DNA of 64,000 bases from a virus (Duplodnaviria > Caudoviricetes). The notes under the pieces are model-generated. The model ran no database searches. It saw nothing but the letters and a program-made list of their open reading frames with translations, and was not told the origin of the DNA. The stretch's first letter is position 1; the number at the start of each line of letters is the position of its first letter. A program made the position numbers and the translations under genes. This document shows positions 29,312-38,653 of this stretch, piece after piece. The stretch lies in IMG/VR virus record IMGVR_UViG_3300044991_001466. One strand, given 5' to 3'.

Positions 29312-29929
29312 ATGTTAGTAATAAATGATATTGAAACCTTAGATAAGGACAAATTAAATATTGTTAAAAGGAAATCCAAGAAAACACAAATTTTTCTTTA
29401 CGACACTCAGAGAAGAGTTGATGATTTTGTTAATAAAATAAAACATAGAAAAAATGGTACATACGATGATGTACCACATTTTATAATTTCAAAATTGGGT
29501 TTGGTGTATCAGTTATTTGATACCGATTACAGTTCAAACACTTTTAATAACCCCAATAACGATAAGAAACAGATTAAAATTGCCATCGAGAATTTGGGGT
29601 GGTTAAATAAAAATACAATCACTGGTGTCCTTAATAATTGGATTGATGACCCATATAGGTCCGAACCTTATGTTCGTAATTGGAGAAATTACTATTTTTG
29701 GGATAGATATGGAGAAGACCAATTAAAATCATTATCTGAATTGTGTACCTACCTCACGGAAAAACACAATATATACAAACAAGTCGTACCGTCCCAAGGA
29801 TATATGGAAAAGGTATCTAATTTTAAGGGAATTGTTTGTAAATCCAATTTTTCAAGTATTTATACAGATATAAACCCGTCCTTTAATTTTAAGGTATTTT
29901 TCAATGATGCAAAAGAAAATGAAAACTGA
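29312..29929 (+). CDS. Amidase_2/PGRP-fold protein, probably degenerate
   Basis: PHFIISKLGLVYQL, IAIENLGWL and YGEDQLKSLSELC follow the N-acetylmuramoyl-L-alanine amidase pattern, but the Zn-ligand His positions look substituted. Confidence 0.55.
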   Translation: MLVINDIETLDKDKLNIVKRKSKKTQIFLYDTQRRVDDFVNKIKHRKNGTYDDVPHFIISKLGLVYQLFDTDYSSNTFNNPNNDKKQIKIAIENLGWLNKNTITGVLNNWIDDPYRSEPYVRNWRNYYFWDRYGEDQLKSLSELCTYLTEKHNIYKQVVPSQGYMEKVSNFKGIVCKSNFSSIYTDINPSFNFKVFFNDAKENEN

Positions 29930-30440
29930 TGAGTATGACGTAACAAAGAACATGTTAAAGACTATTAGAACTTTAACTGAGTCTAAGGTATCGTCCAATA
30001 TCATCAATGAAAACCAAACTGAACTCCAAACCCCTCAGGTCAACACCACTAACGATGAAAATCAAAAAAATGATATTGATGTGATTAATGATGTTGACGT
30101 TAAGTTATTATCAAGTGATCAAAACGACTTGAAATTAACTGATCAACAAAAAACCGCCATTTCTGAATTAATTGATGGATTTAAACAACAAGTTAGTCAA
30201 ATTGTAGAATTTGAACCAGGAATGACATTAACCAGAGAACAAATAAGGTTAGATGGTTATTTACCTGATGAGGATATTAACTTTGTTTTTATCTCAGGTA
30301 AAGAAAGTGGGGTATATATTAACGCAGATATGTTAAAGTTAGAACAAGATGTTGCTACATCATTAGAAAAATTGGCAAAATTTGAAATAACATTTAAATC
30401 CGCGATGGACCCAATAATACAAGAAAGAACTAATAACTAA
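29904..30440 (+). CDS. hypothetical protein (possible head-associated)
   Basis: 178-aa ORF with LTE/INE motifs; TATTTATA upstream. Confidence 0.55.
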   Translation: MMQKKMKTDEYDVTKNMLKTIRTLTESKVSSNIINENQTELQTPQVNTTNDENQKNDIDVINDVDVKLLSSDQNDLKLTDQQKTAISELIDGFKQQVSQIVEFEPGMTLTREQIRLDGYLPDEDINFVFISGKESGVYINADMLKLEQDVATSLEKLAKFEITFKSAMDPIIQERTNN

Positions 30441-30441
30441 A

Positions 30442-30681
30442 ATGGCATTAACAGATCAAGATAGAAGAGATATTGAAAAAATCACCAAAAAGGAGATTAA
30501 AGACTTTATGGATTCAACTCAAGCAACCAAAATTGTTGTTAAAATGATTCAAGATGAATTGGGTACTAAAAAGATTGATGACAAAATTGTAGATTTGTCC
30601 ACTAAGGTTGTGGTTGAGTTATTTAAAACCTTATGGCAAAGAAAGTCATTTTGGGAGAGCGCATTAAAGAATGTTAAATAA
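30442..30681 (+). CDS. hypothetical protein
   Basis: 79-aa helical ORF, TAATG-coupled to the next gene. Confidence 0.55.
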   Translation: MALTDQDRRDIEKITKKEIKDFMDSTQATKIVVKMIQDELGTKKIDDKIVDLSTKVVVELFKTLWQRKSFWESALKNVK

Positions 30682-31556
30682 TGGATAAAAAACTAATAGC
30701 AGATGAAATTGATGAATTACAAAGAGTAGTTCAAGACCTCAAAAGAAATGAGGACCTTGATATTAGTCTTGGTAAATTAGTCACCGCTTTTAGTAAATCT
30801 AAAGAAGTTGAATTAAGTAAAGATATTTGGGATAAATTAGAAAACACGGAATCAAACGACGTTGAGAAGGGTCAAATGAATTTGGTTAAAAAAATCGCCA
30901 AAAGATATGGTAAAACCGACCCCGAAATATTATCTAAGTCGTTAGAAAGTGGAGAATATCACCGTCCATTAATAGTTAAGTTAGATGGTGACAGATACCA
31001 TTTAGTTGCGGGTAACACAAGATTGTGTACCGCCAAAGCAATGGGAATGATACCTAATGTGTTTATTGCGGACATATCAGGAAATAAAGAAGAGACCAAA
31101 GAATCCACAGACGCTGGTTCATCTGGTTCATCTGAAGGTCCTCTATTTGGTAAATCGAGTACAATTAAAAGAAGAATCTCTAAAATCCCTAATATGAACC
31201 TAAATGAGGTTACTACAGGGGATGCGGGTGAATATGATGTCCCATTATTTGGAACGTCACCAAAGGGTCGTAAAAACCCATTAAAGATAGATGGTCCTGA
31301 TAGTATCTATAAGGGTAGGGCGGTAAAAGATAGGGATTTCCCAAAATGGGGTGGTCCTGATAGTGTTTTTGTTAAGGTAAAGGAAAAATGTAAAAAATTC
31401 CCTTATTGTAACCAAGGAGATATGAATGCGTTAGAAATCATAAAAGAAGACGATGAATTGATATTAACAATTAAAGAAACGGCTAAAAAATACGGAATTT
31501 CATATAAACATATGGAATCTATCGTATTAAATGAGATTAACAAGATATTTATTTAA
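30681..31556 (+). CDS. protein with ParB/Srx-like domain
   Basis: RPLIVKLDGDRYHLVAGNTRLCTAKAMG matches the ParB-N/Srx core (P.+V.....Y.++.G..R+.A). Confidence 0.5.
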   Translation: MDKKLIADEIDELQRVVQDLKRNEDLDISLGKLVTAFSKSKEVELSKDIWDKLENTESNDVEKGQMNLVKKIAKRYGKTDPEILSKSLESGEYHRPLIVKLDGDRYHLVAGNTRLCTAKAMGMIPNVFIADISGNKEETKESTDAGSSGSSEGPLFGKSSTIKRRISKIPNMNLNEVTTGDAGEYDVPLFGTSPKGRKNPLKIDGPDSIYKGRAVKDRDFPKWGGPDSVFVKVKEKCKKFPYCNQGDMNALEIIKEDDELILTIKETAKKYGISYKHMESIVLNEINKIFI

Positions 31557-31558
31557 TT

Positions 31559-32953
31559 ATGAAAGTAAGTGAACTAAACACCATTATTGAAAATATTTTA
31601 TCTGAAGAAGTTAAGAGAGCAATCCTTAATGAATCTAAAGGTAAATCTAAAGAAGTATTTCACATAATTTGTGATGGGGAACCATATATGAATTGCGACA
31701 CTCAAAATGAGGCTGAAGAACACTTAGATAAATTAAAAAAAGAACATCCAGGTAAACAATTTATCATCGAAAAAACAATGTACGAATCTCATGAAGATAT
31801 GTTACATAAATTAGATAAAATGGGTGAACAATTAGAAGAAAAAGAAAATACAAATATGGAAAATCAAGAACCAATGGAAGGTAACTCTTTCGGTCAAGCG
31901 GTATTAAACGCAAAAGAAAAGGGAGAAAAGACTTTTGAATTTGACGGAGAACAACATGATGTTGAGGAATGTTGGAAACAATTAGAAGAAGAAGAGATGG
32001 TTGGCACAATGGAAGAAAAGAAAGAAGAAGATGAAGAAGATGAAGAAGACGAAGGACCATATAGTGATTGTTGTGGTGCACATACCGATATGCCAGAATA
32101 TGGAATTTGTCCTGAATGTAGAGAACATTGTGGTTGGGTGAACGGAAATGGTGATGAGATTGATATTTCAGAAGAAAAAGAATGTAAAGAATGTGGACAA
32201 CCTATGGAAGAAGAGGGTGTCGATTTTGAAAAAATATTAAGAGGTAAAAAAACTGAAGTTGCTGAAGAAAAAACTACATGTGAAAGCGGAGGAATGTATG
32301 AGTCTAAAAAGAAAACTGTACGTTTAACTGAAACTGAACTAACTAATTTAATTGCTAAGATGGTTAGTGAATCTGTACCAGGATTAGAAGTTACAAAAAA
32401 ATCACATACTGAAAGTGGTAAAGAAAATTCATCACATTTAAAAGATGTTGATAAGAAAATGAAAGATTACTTATCATTTGATGGTAATGACAATCCTGAG
32501 TTTCCTAAACCAATAGGTAAAGGAGAAAAGGTTGCAAGAAAAAATACACAAAAACAAGAAGACGAAATTAAGAAAAATTTTGCAGGTTTAGAAAATTTAG
32601 ATTACGATATTGAGCCAGATGAAAACTTTAAGAAAAGATTGAAGATGGCAATAGATGGTGATAGATTAATGGGTAATGCTCCTACCACAGAAAAAACTAA
32701 TGTAGTTCCATCTAATGGTTCTAAATTAGGAGAAGAACCTAAAGATAAAGATGGTAATAGTATCCCAACACCTGAAACCGCAAAGAAGATTGAAAAACAA
32801 GTTAAGGATAGAGGAGAAGATAAAAAGAACAGAGTATTGTATAAAAAAGAAAAAGTTCCAGTTAGTGAATCTAAAACAACATTAAATAGTGTTCTTTTAG
32901 AAGAAATAAACAAAATGAAGAAAATTTCGGAATACAACAAAAAAACTCAATAG
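31559..32953 (+). CDS. acidic scaffold/internal-head-like protein with embedded Cys cluster
   Basis: Very Glu-rich; LTETEL..LI..MVSE and LLEEINKMKKI motifs; SDCCGAH...ICPECREHC cluster. Confidence 0.5.
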   Translation: MKVSELNTIIENILSEEVKRAILNESKGKSKEVFHIICDGEPYMNCDTQNEAEEHLDKLKKEHPGKQFIIEKTMYESHEDMLHKLDKMGEQLEEKENTNMENQEPMEGNSFGQAVLNAKEKGEKTFEFDGEQHDVEECWKQLEEEEMVGTMEEKKEEDEEDEEDEGPYSDCCGAHTDMPEYGICPECREHCGWVNGNGDEIDISEEKECKECGQPMEEEGVDFEKILRGKKTEVAEEKTTCESGGMYESKKKTVRLTETELTNLIAKMVSESVPGLEVTKKSHTESGKENSSHLKDVDKKMKDYLSFDGNDNPEFPKPIGKGEKVARKNTQKQEDEIKKNFAGLENLDYDIEPDENFKKRLKMAIDGDRLMGNAPTTEKTNVVPSNGSKLGEEPKDKDGNSIPTPETAKKIEKQVKDRGEDKKNRVLYKKEKVPVSESKTTLNSVLLEEINKMKKISEYNKKTQ

Positions 32954-33003
32954 TGTCTTTTTTTTATTTTGATTTATCCTTATATTAGTAATATTATAAG
33001 GTT

Positions 33004-33459
33004 ATGGAAAATAAAGAGGACTACTTAGATTTTATCTCATCTGAGAATTACAAAAATCAAATCGACATTTGGTATCGAACTTACAATATAAGTCGTGAAA
33101 AAATAGAACTTTTTCACGATTTTGTCGTTTCATTATATTCAATAATAGATGAAACATATTTGGGACCTGATATTTTATTCACGGAAGTAGACCAAAAAAA
33201 TCATTTTACATGGTGTTGGGACAAAATCATCAATAACTTCAGCAAAGAAAAAATATTCTTTAAAGAAAGGGGTAATTGTTACGAATACTGTTGGAACTTC
33301 TTTTTGGAAGCGTTCTATTTTGCACAAATGGATGGTAATCAATTAAGAATAAGTGATTACTTCTTTAACTTATTCAATTTTAAGCATAGAAAAACAAGGT
33401 CGGAATTAGACATGTTAACCGAAGTTTATAAAATGTTTGAACAAAACTTGAAAAAGTAA
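33004..33459 (+). CDS. hypothetical protein
   Basis: 151-aa aromatic-rich ORF. Confidence 0.6.
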   Translation: MENKEDYLDFISSENYKNQIDIWYRTYNISREKIELFHDFVVSLYSIIDETYLGPDILFTEVDQKNHFTWCWDKIINNFSKEKIFFKERGNCYEYCWNFFLEAFYFAQMDGNQLRISDYFFNLFNFKHRKTRSELDMLTEVYKMFEQNLKK

Positions 33460-33497
33460 AATTTTTTTCATATATTACTATTAAAAACCGAGATATT

Positions 33498-33677
33498 ATG
33501 GAAACTTTAAAAAAAATAAAGGACCTAGTTGAGAGAATGTCCGTCGATACACAAAAGGTATACGATAAAGGAAATCGAAGTGCATCCATTAGGGCTAGAA
33601 AATATGCACAGGAAATAAAAATCCTTATTGCGGTATATCGTAGGGATATTTTAGAAGAAATTAAAAAACATGATTGA
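33498..33677 (+). CDS. Hc1-like (histone H1-like, Bacteroidota-type) small DNA-binding protein
   Basis: Not in the ORF track. Translation: METLKKIKDLVERMSVDTQKVYDKGNRSASIRARKYAQEIKILIAVYRRDILEEIKKHD. The KGN.SA..R.RK motif matches the short Hc1 family. Confidence 0.65.
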   Translation: METLKKIKDLVERMSVDTQKVYDKGNRSASIRARKYAQEIKILIAVYRRDILEEIKKHD

Positions 33678-33849
33678 ACAAATTAAACTTTTTTTATTCG
33701 TGATGAGTATTATATACACATTACGATTTGTTGTTGAGTTTGTGGTAAGGCTCACACAAGAAAATCCTGAACCTATGACAATGTCAAAATTAGATCAGGT
33801 GTTTCAAATTATATCATTATCATACATAATAACCTACATTTTAATTTAA
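33670..33849 (+). CDS. small two-TM membrane protein
   Basis: Not in the ORF track. 59 aa, MIEQIKLFLFVMSIIYTLRFVVEF...QIISLSYIITYILI; fills the gap between neighbours exactly. Confidence 0.55.
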   Translation: MIEQIKLFLFVMSIIYTLRFVVEFVVRLTQENPEPMTMSKLDQVFQIISLSYIITYILI

Positions 33850-33853
33850 AAAC

Positions 33854-34309
33854 GTGTTTGAAAATATAAAATCATTAAGGCCTCATTTTCATTCTTTAAG
33901 AGAAATTGAAGGTAATGTTAGTTTAGACATTAAGTTACCATTGAATTGGAAATTTGAGGAAATAATAAAACCATATAGGTCAATTAAAGTTAAACTACAA
34001 GATAAGAATGAGAAATATACTTTATTATCTTTAGTAACTAACGCCACGCAAGAAGGTTACGATGTTATTTTTGCATGTGCGTTAGAAGTACTTACACAAA
34101 ACAAAGAGGAAGAAGAAAAACAAAAGTTGTTTCAACAAAAAGTTAAAGAGTTACAACAATTATTTCAAAACGAAAAGTTAGATAAATTAAAAGATATAAA
34201 CCTACTTGAGGATTATGGACAAGAGATTACAACAAGGACTGAATTGGTTGACGAAGGAGACGGAGAAGGACAAACTGGAGATACAGACGCACAAGAATCA
34301 GTTGATTAA
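33854..34309 (+). CDS. hypothetical protein
   Basis: 151-aa ORF whose C-terminus overlaps the next ORF. Confidence 0.55.
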   Translation: MFENIKSLRPHFHSLREIEGNVSLDIKLPLNWKFEEIIKPYRSIKVKLQDKNEKYTLLSLVTNATQEGYDVIFACALEVLTQNKEEEEKQKLFQQKVKELQQLFQNEKLDKLKDINLLEDYGQEITTRTELVDEGDGEGQTGDTDAQESVD

Positions 34310-34418
34310 GGAATTAAAACAACTTGATAAAAGTGAAATGTTTAAACCAGAAATAAAAAAGAAGATATCTATAATAGATAAGATATTAAAGATATTAGGA
34401 TATGGAAAAAAAAGGTGA
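34215..34418 (+). CDS. small coiled-coil protein
   Basis: ATG at 34215 (MDKRLQQGLNWL...). Confidence 0.5.
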   Translation: MDKRLQQGLNWLTKETEKDKLEIQTHKNQLIKELKQLDKSEMFKPEIKKKISIIDKILKILGYGKKR

Positions 34419-34635
34419 CATATTAAATCAACTCGCAATCATTAGCGATTTATTAGAAAAAGTTAATGTTAAAGTTGAATCCAAAACTATTGTTTTTGAA
34501 TTATCAAAAATTGAATACGAAAAGGTATTGACTACTCTTCAAAAGAAATACGGAAAACGAATGGATGCACCCGACGGTAAATTCAACATATCTATTGGTG
34601 AGGTTGAAATTGTTTTTAATATGAGTAATGTCTAA
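34402..34635 (+). CDS. hypothetical protein
   Basis: 77-aa ORF converging on the minus-strand pair. Confidence 0.5.
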   Translation: MEKKGDILNQLAIISDLLEKVNVKVESKTIVFELSKIEYEKVLTTLQKKYGKRMDAPDGKFNISIGEVEIVFNMSNV

Positions 34636-35254
34636 ATAATTCTCTACGTTTAAATCCTTTTAATTCTAATAAATTATAAAGTAACGTTCTTTGATGGGTT
34701 GTAATATCTTTTACAAATATAAAATTACCCTTTTTTCTTCTTATTAAATCTTCTTTTATTATATTGAATAATCTTTCAGAGTCATCTTTATTTTTATTAC
34801 CATATAATTTAACATCCTCTTCTATTTGAACAAAAATTTTATTGTTTAATGTAAAAATTTGAGCAATTTCAGTTATCGGTGTAATTTTATCCATCATCTC
34901 ATGATAACGAATTCTTTTTTTAGTTTGAAAATCGTATATCAGTTCTTCTTGCCAATATGTTATAATTTCCTTTATTCTAAATTTATCCCCCTCAATGAGA
35001 GCGGGTTCATTTCTGCCCAAACTATCTTTAACCCAAGTCGTGGTTGCCCATCTATTATTTGGAAACACCAATGCTAATTCAAATACCAATTCTTGATTTC
35101 TTTTTCCCCCTTGTTGTTTTACGTAAGGTGGTTTTTTTTCTGTCTTAAACTCCCTCCAATATTCATATACGGTGTTACGAGTCATACATCTGTATAATAT
35201 TTTAACTCTTTTTTTGTTACTAAAAAGAACTATAAAATATTTCCCGTTTTTCAT
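34616..35254 (-). CDS. hypothetical basic protein
   Basis: The likely start is the ATG at 35254 (MKNGKYFIVLF), which overlaps the TGA of the upstream small ORF as ATGA. Confidence 0.6.
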   Translation of the reverse strand: MKNGKYFIVLFSNKKRVKILYRCMTRNTVYEYWREFKTEKKPPYVKQQGGKRNQELVFELALVFPNNRWATTTWVKDSLGRNEPALIEGDKFRIKEIITYWQEELIYDFQTKKRIRYHEMMDKITPITEIAQIFTLNNKIFVQIEEDVKLYGNKNKDDSERLFNIIKEDLIRRKKGNFIFVKDITTHQRTLLYNLLELKGFKRRELFRHYSY

Positions 35255-35406
35255 AAGATATTGGTTATTAAAGAATAAAGACCATATATCGCCAATCCAG
35301 ACCAAATAATAACAAAAATAACAACCCCTTTTGGAAAGTCATTTGTTTTATCATAAACGTCCTTATACGATTCGGAACTATTCTTTTTACAATTTGTACA
35401 TGCCAT
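35251..35406 (-). CDS. small CxxC + C-terminal TM protein
   Basis: Not in the ORF track. Translation: MACTNCKKNSSESYKDVYDKTNDFPKGVVIFVIIWSGLAIYGLYSLITNIL (51 aa); ATGA-coupled to the downstream gene. Confidence 0.55.
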   Translation of the reverse strand: MACTNCKKNSSESYKDVYDKTNDFPKGVVIFVIIWSGLAIYGLYSLITNIL

Positions 35407-35479
35407 AATCAAATATATACCATTTATTTCTTTTTGTAAAATTTTTTAGTTATATTTTTTAATATAAATAAAAATAAAG

Positions 35480-36322
35480 ATGATATCTTATATTGGTGGT
35501 AAAGCACGTATTGGTAAGTGGATAGTTCCACAAATACCAACTGACATTGAAACATATGTTGAAGGATTTTCAGGAATGTTTTGGGTCTTTTTTAATATGG
35601 ATTTAAGTAAATTCCCGAATTTAAATAAAGTTGTTTATAATGACTTTAACAGATTGAATGCCAATCTGATGAAATGGTCAAAACAATATGATATATTATG
35701 GAACGAATTGGCAAAATATCCATGTCAACAATTAGGAGTTGTAGATACACCACCAGAATATGCTGAGATGTTTAAACAATATCAGAAAGAAGTTTTTAAT
35801 GATGATTTAGTTATAACAGAAGAAAATAGTTTGGAAATTGCGGGTAAGTATGTTTATGTCTTATGTCAAGTATTTTCAGGTTCAAAACCCGAAACTGCGG
35901 CTTACACCGACTACAAAGGAAAATATCGTTGTAAAGTTCTTATCTTTATGGATAAGTTAAAGAACCCAAAATACCGTGAACATTTTGATAAGTTAACATT
36001 TGTCGAGAACATGGATTTTGAGGCGGTCGTTGAAAAATACGATTCACCAACAACTTATTTCTATATGGACCCACCATATTGGAAAACTGAAAATTACTAT
36101 TCAAATCATGACTTTGATGTGAATGATCACACACGATTGGCGGAATGTATTAAAAATATCCAAGGTAAATTTAGTTTATCGTATTATGATTTTCCTAAAT
36201 TGGTTGAATGGTTTCCAAAAGATGAATATAAATGGAATCAAAAAGATTTCGCAAAGGCGGCTGCAGCTAAAAAAGACGGTAAACAAAATATGGGCACCGA
36301 ACTTTTAATTATGAATTATTAA
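35480..36322 (+). CDS. orphan Dam-family (D12 class) N6-adenine DNA methyltransferase
   Basis: SYIGGK, YVEGFSGMFWV and YMDPPY motifs. Confidence 0.8.
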   Translation: MISYIGGKARIGKWIVPQIPTDIETYVEGFSGMFWVFFNMDLSKFPNLNKVVYNDFNRLNANLMKWSKQYDILWNELAKYPCQQLGVVDTPPEYAEMFKQYQKEVFNDDLVITEENSLEIAGKYVYVLCQVFSGSKPETAAYTDYKGKYRCKVLIFMDKLKNPKYREHFDKLTFVENMDFEAVVEKYDSPTTYFYMDPPYWKTENYYSNHDFDVNDHTRLAECIKNIQGKFSLSYYDFPKLVEWFPKDEYKWNQKDFAKAAAAKKDGKQNMGTELLIMNY

Positions 36323-36346
36323 AATAATATTTATTAAAAAAAGAGT

Positions 36347-36874
36347 ATGGAATTAAGTTGGTATGTGGTAAAAGTTTTACCCGGAAAAGAAAGGTCATTA
36401 ACCGAAGAATTTAATAAACAAATTTTATTAGGTAAAATGAAAAACATAAATCGTTTTGTTTGTCCAACCGAAAAGGAGTTTAAGGTGGTAAAAAACAAAA
36501 AAGTTTTAAGAGAAAGGGTTTTATATAGTGGGTACCTTTATTTTGAATCCCCATCAAAATTAAGTGAATCCGATTTAAAAACAATCTCATTAACACCAAA
36601 TATTATGGGAATGATGGGAGATAGAATTCCAGTATTATTAAGGGAAAATGATATTAAACGAATTTTAAAAGACGATTCTTTAGATGAACATATAGAATCT
36701 AAAAAATTAAAATATATTGTTGGTGAAGTTGTAAGTGTTATTGAAGGACCATTTTCATCGTTTGAAGCAACTATTTCAGAAATTAAGGGAGAAAAAGTTG
36801 ATCTTGAAATTAAAATATTTGGCAGAAACACACCAGTATCATTAACGATAAATCAAATTGAAAAATTAAAATGA
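36347..36874 (+). CDS. nusG: transcription termination/antitermination factor NusG
   Basis: NGN domain (WYVVKVLPGKE...YSGYLY) and KOW domain (VGEVVSVIEGPFSSF...IFGRNTPV). Confidence 0.9.
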   Translation: MELSWYVVKVLPGKERSLTEEFNKQILLGKMKNINRFVCPTEKEFKVVKNKKVLRERVLYSGYLYFESPSKLSESDLKTISLTPNIMGMMGDRIPVLLRENDIKRILKDDSLDEHIESKKLKYIVGEVVSVIEGPFSSFEATISEIKGEKVDLEIKIFGRNTPVSLTINQIEKLK

Positions 36875-37188
36875 AATTATCCCCCGAAGTATTAACATAT
36901 ATCCAAACAGTTAAAAATTATTTAAAAAAGAATGATGAAGCCCGAAAATATTTTTTAACGGGTGTTGATGAAGATTTTTTTTTCCAACATTTAAGTGAAA
37001 TCTCTCAAAAAAATTTCAACTCATTAGGTGAAGCGATGTTAAATAAAGAACAATTTGATTTATTAAGAAACACAATGAAGGCAATCTCAATCGTAAATAA
37101 ATCAAAAATAGAAGATACACAAGTTATTAATCCTGAAGAAAATATCTTTATAGATATGAGAGGTTTAAGTAAAATTTGTCTTAACTAA
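36871..37188 (+). CDS. hypothetical protein
   Basis: 105-aa ORF with an ATGA overlap to nusG. Confidence 0.6.
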   Translation: MKLSPEVLTYIQTVKNYLKKNDEARKYFLTGVDEDFFFQHLSEISQKNFNSLGEAMLNKEQFDLLRNTMKAISIVNKSKIEDTQVINPEENIFIDMRGLSKICLN

Positions 37189-37223
37189 CTTTATTTTTAA
37201 ATTTAAATATATTACATTATACC

Positions 37224-38294
37224 ATGTCAAGAAAATTACCAGAAAATTATCCTATGTACGATACGGTATATGGAAGTGAAGTACCAACCGAGCAATATTA
37301 TGTTGTGTTATTCGATAGGTTACCATCAAAATATGTTAATACGTCTAACTACGACCCAATAATAAATGAATTCCTAACCTCATTGGGGTTTATTGAGGAA
37401 ATTAATATTTTTTCATCAAATAGAAGATACGATTTGTCGTCACAATCATTATACGTTAATTTTGATATGAAGATGATGATTAGGATTTCAGGAAACACAA
37501 ATAAAACAAAAGATAATTTAGTACAACTTGATATTGTTTACGATATTTCACAAGGTCCATTAAGTAAACAATTAGATTTAGATAAGATTAAAACATTTGA
37601 ACGAACAAAAAAGAAAGCAAATATTCAGTTAGTTAAAAGTGAAATGGGTCATTTAGATACTGAAGAATATGATTTATTAGTACCCCCAATTAATTTAAAA
37701 TTAAATTATGGTGAATCATTTATTAAAGTTAATGATGCAATTGTAAAAAAATTAAATGAAAATAATGGTAAAGGAATTATTTTGTTACATGGTGATCCTG
37801 GAACAGGGAAGACATCCTATATAAAATACTTAACAACATTAATTAAAGAAAAAGATATTTTATTTATTCCACCATCTATGGCGGAAATGTTATCCGAACC
37901 ATCAATTATACCATTCTTAATGGACCATAAAAATAGTATCCTTATTATTGAAGATGCTGAACGTGTAATTTCAGATAGAGAAGGTAATGGTTCCCCCGCT
38001 GGTGTTTCTAATATTTTAAATTTAACCGACGGTATATTGGGGGATTGTTTAAGTATTCAAATAGTGGCCACTTTTAACATGAAAAGGGAAAAAATAGACC
38101 AAGCTTTACTCCGTAAGGGTCGATTAATTGCGGAACATAAATTTGAAAAATTAACAGTAGAGGAAAGTAATAAACTATTAAAACACATAAAAAAAGACCA
38201 TAAAGTTTCGGAAGGGTTAACATTAGCAGATATATATAATATCGATGTTGAAGTTCACAGACCAACAAAAGAAAAAAGTAAGTTAGGGTTTTGA
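37224..38294 (+). CDS. AAA+ ATPase (BCS1-like)
   Basis: Walker A GDPGTGKT, Walker B IIEDAE, LLNLTDG-like segment and SRH D.ALLRKGRL. Confidence 0.8.
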   Translation: MSRKLPENYPMYDTVYGSEVPTEQYYVVLFDRLPSKYVNTSNYDPIINEFLTSLGFIEEINIFSSNRRYDLSSQSLYVNFDMKMMIRISGNTNKTKDNLVQLDIVYDISQGPLSKQLDLDKIKTFERTKKKANIQLVKSEMGHLDTEEYDLLVPPINLKLNYGESFIKVNDAIVKKLNENNGKGIILLHGDPGTGKTSYIKYLTTLIKEKDILFIPPSMAEMLSEPSIIPFLMDHKNSILIIEDAERVISDREGNGSPAGVSNILNLTDGILGDCLSIQIVATFNMKREKIDQALLRKGRLIAEHKFEKLTVEESNKLLKHIKKDHKVSEGLTLADIYNIDVEVHRPTKEKSKLGF

Positions 38295-38346
38295 TTAGTC
38301 AAATAAATTTAAATTGGTCGATATTTAATATAAAAGAAAACACAAT

Positions 38347-38652
38347 ATGGAAAATGTAACTGCGGAATACGTAAAACAACTACAATTAGAAGGAAAGAAA
38401 ATTTTGGTGGATTATTGGGCAACTTGGTGTGGACCATGTCAAGCGTTAATTCCTAGATTAGAACTATTAGAATCTGATTATCCTAATGTTACATTTGTAA
38501 AGGTTAATGTGGATGAGAATATGGATAGTGCATTAGAATTAGGAGTAAGAACGGTACCAACTATTATGATATATGATGGTGAAAATCTTATCAATCGTTC
38601 TATGGGTGCCAATGTTGATAGTGTTTATACTAAAATATTAGATACGTTATAA
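38347..38652 (+). CDS. trxA: thioredoxin
   Basis: WATWCGPC active site and cis-Pro VPT. Confidence 0.9.
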   Translation: MENVTAEYVKQLQLEGKKILVDYWATWCGPCQALIPRLELLESDYPNVTFVKVNVDENMDSALELGVRTVPTIMIYDGENLINRSMGANVDSVYTKILDTL

Positions 38653-38653
38653 T

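Noticed and set aside
33854-34418. 95-nt overlap of two plus-strand ORFs as a programmed frameshift
   Set aside because: The downstream ORF has its own ATG (34215) and no slippery site is evident; it is simply an overlap.
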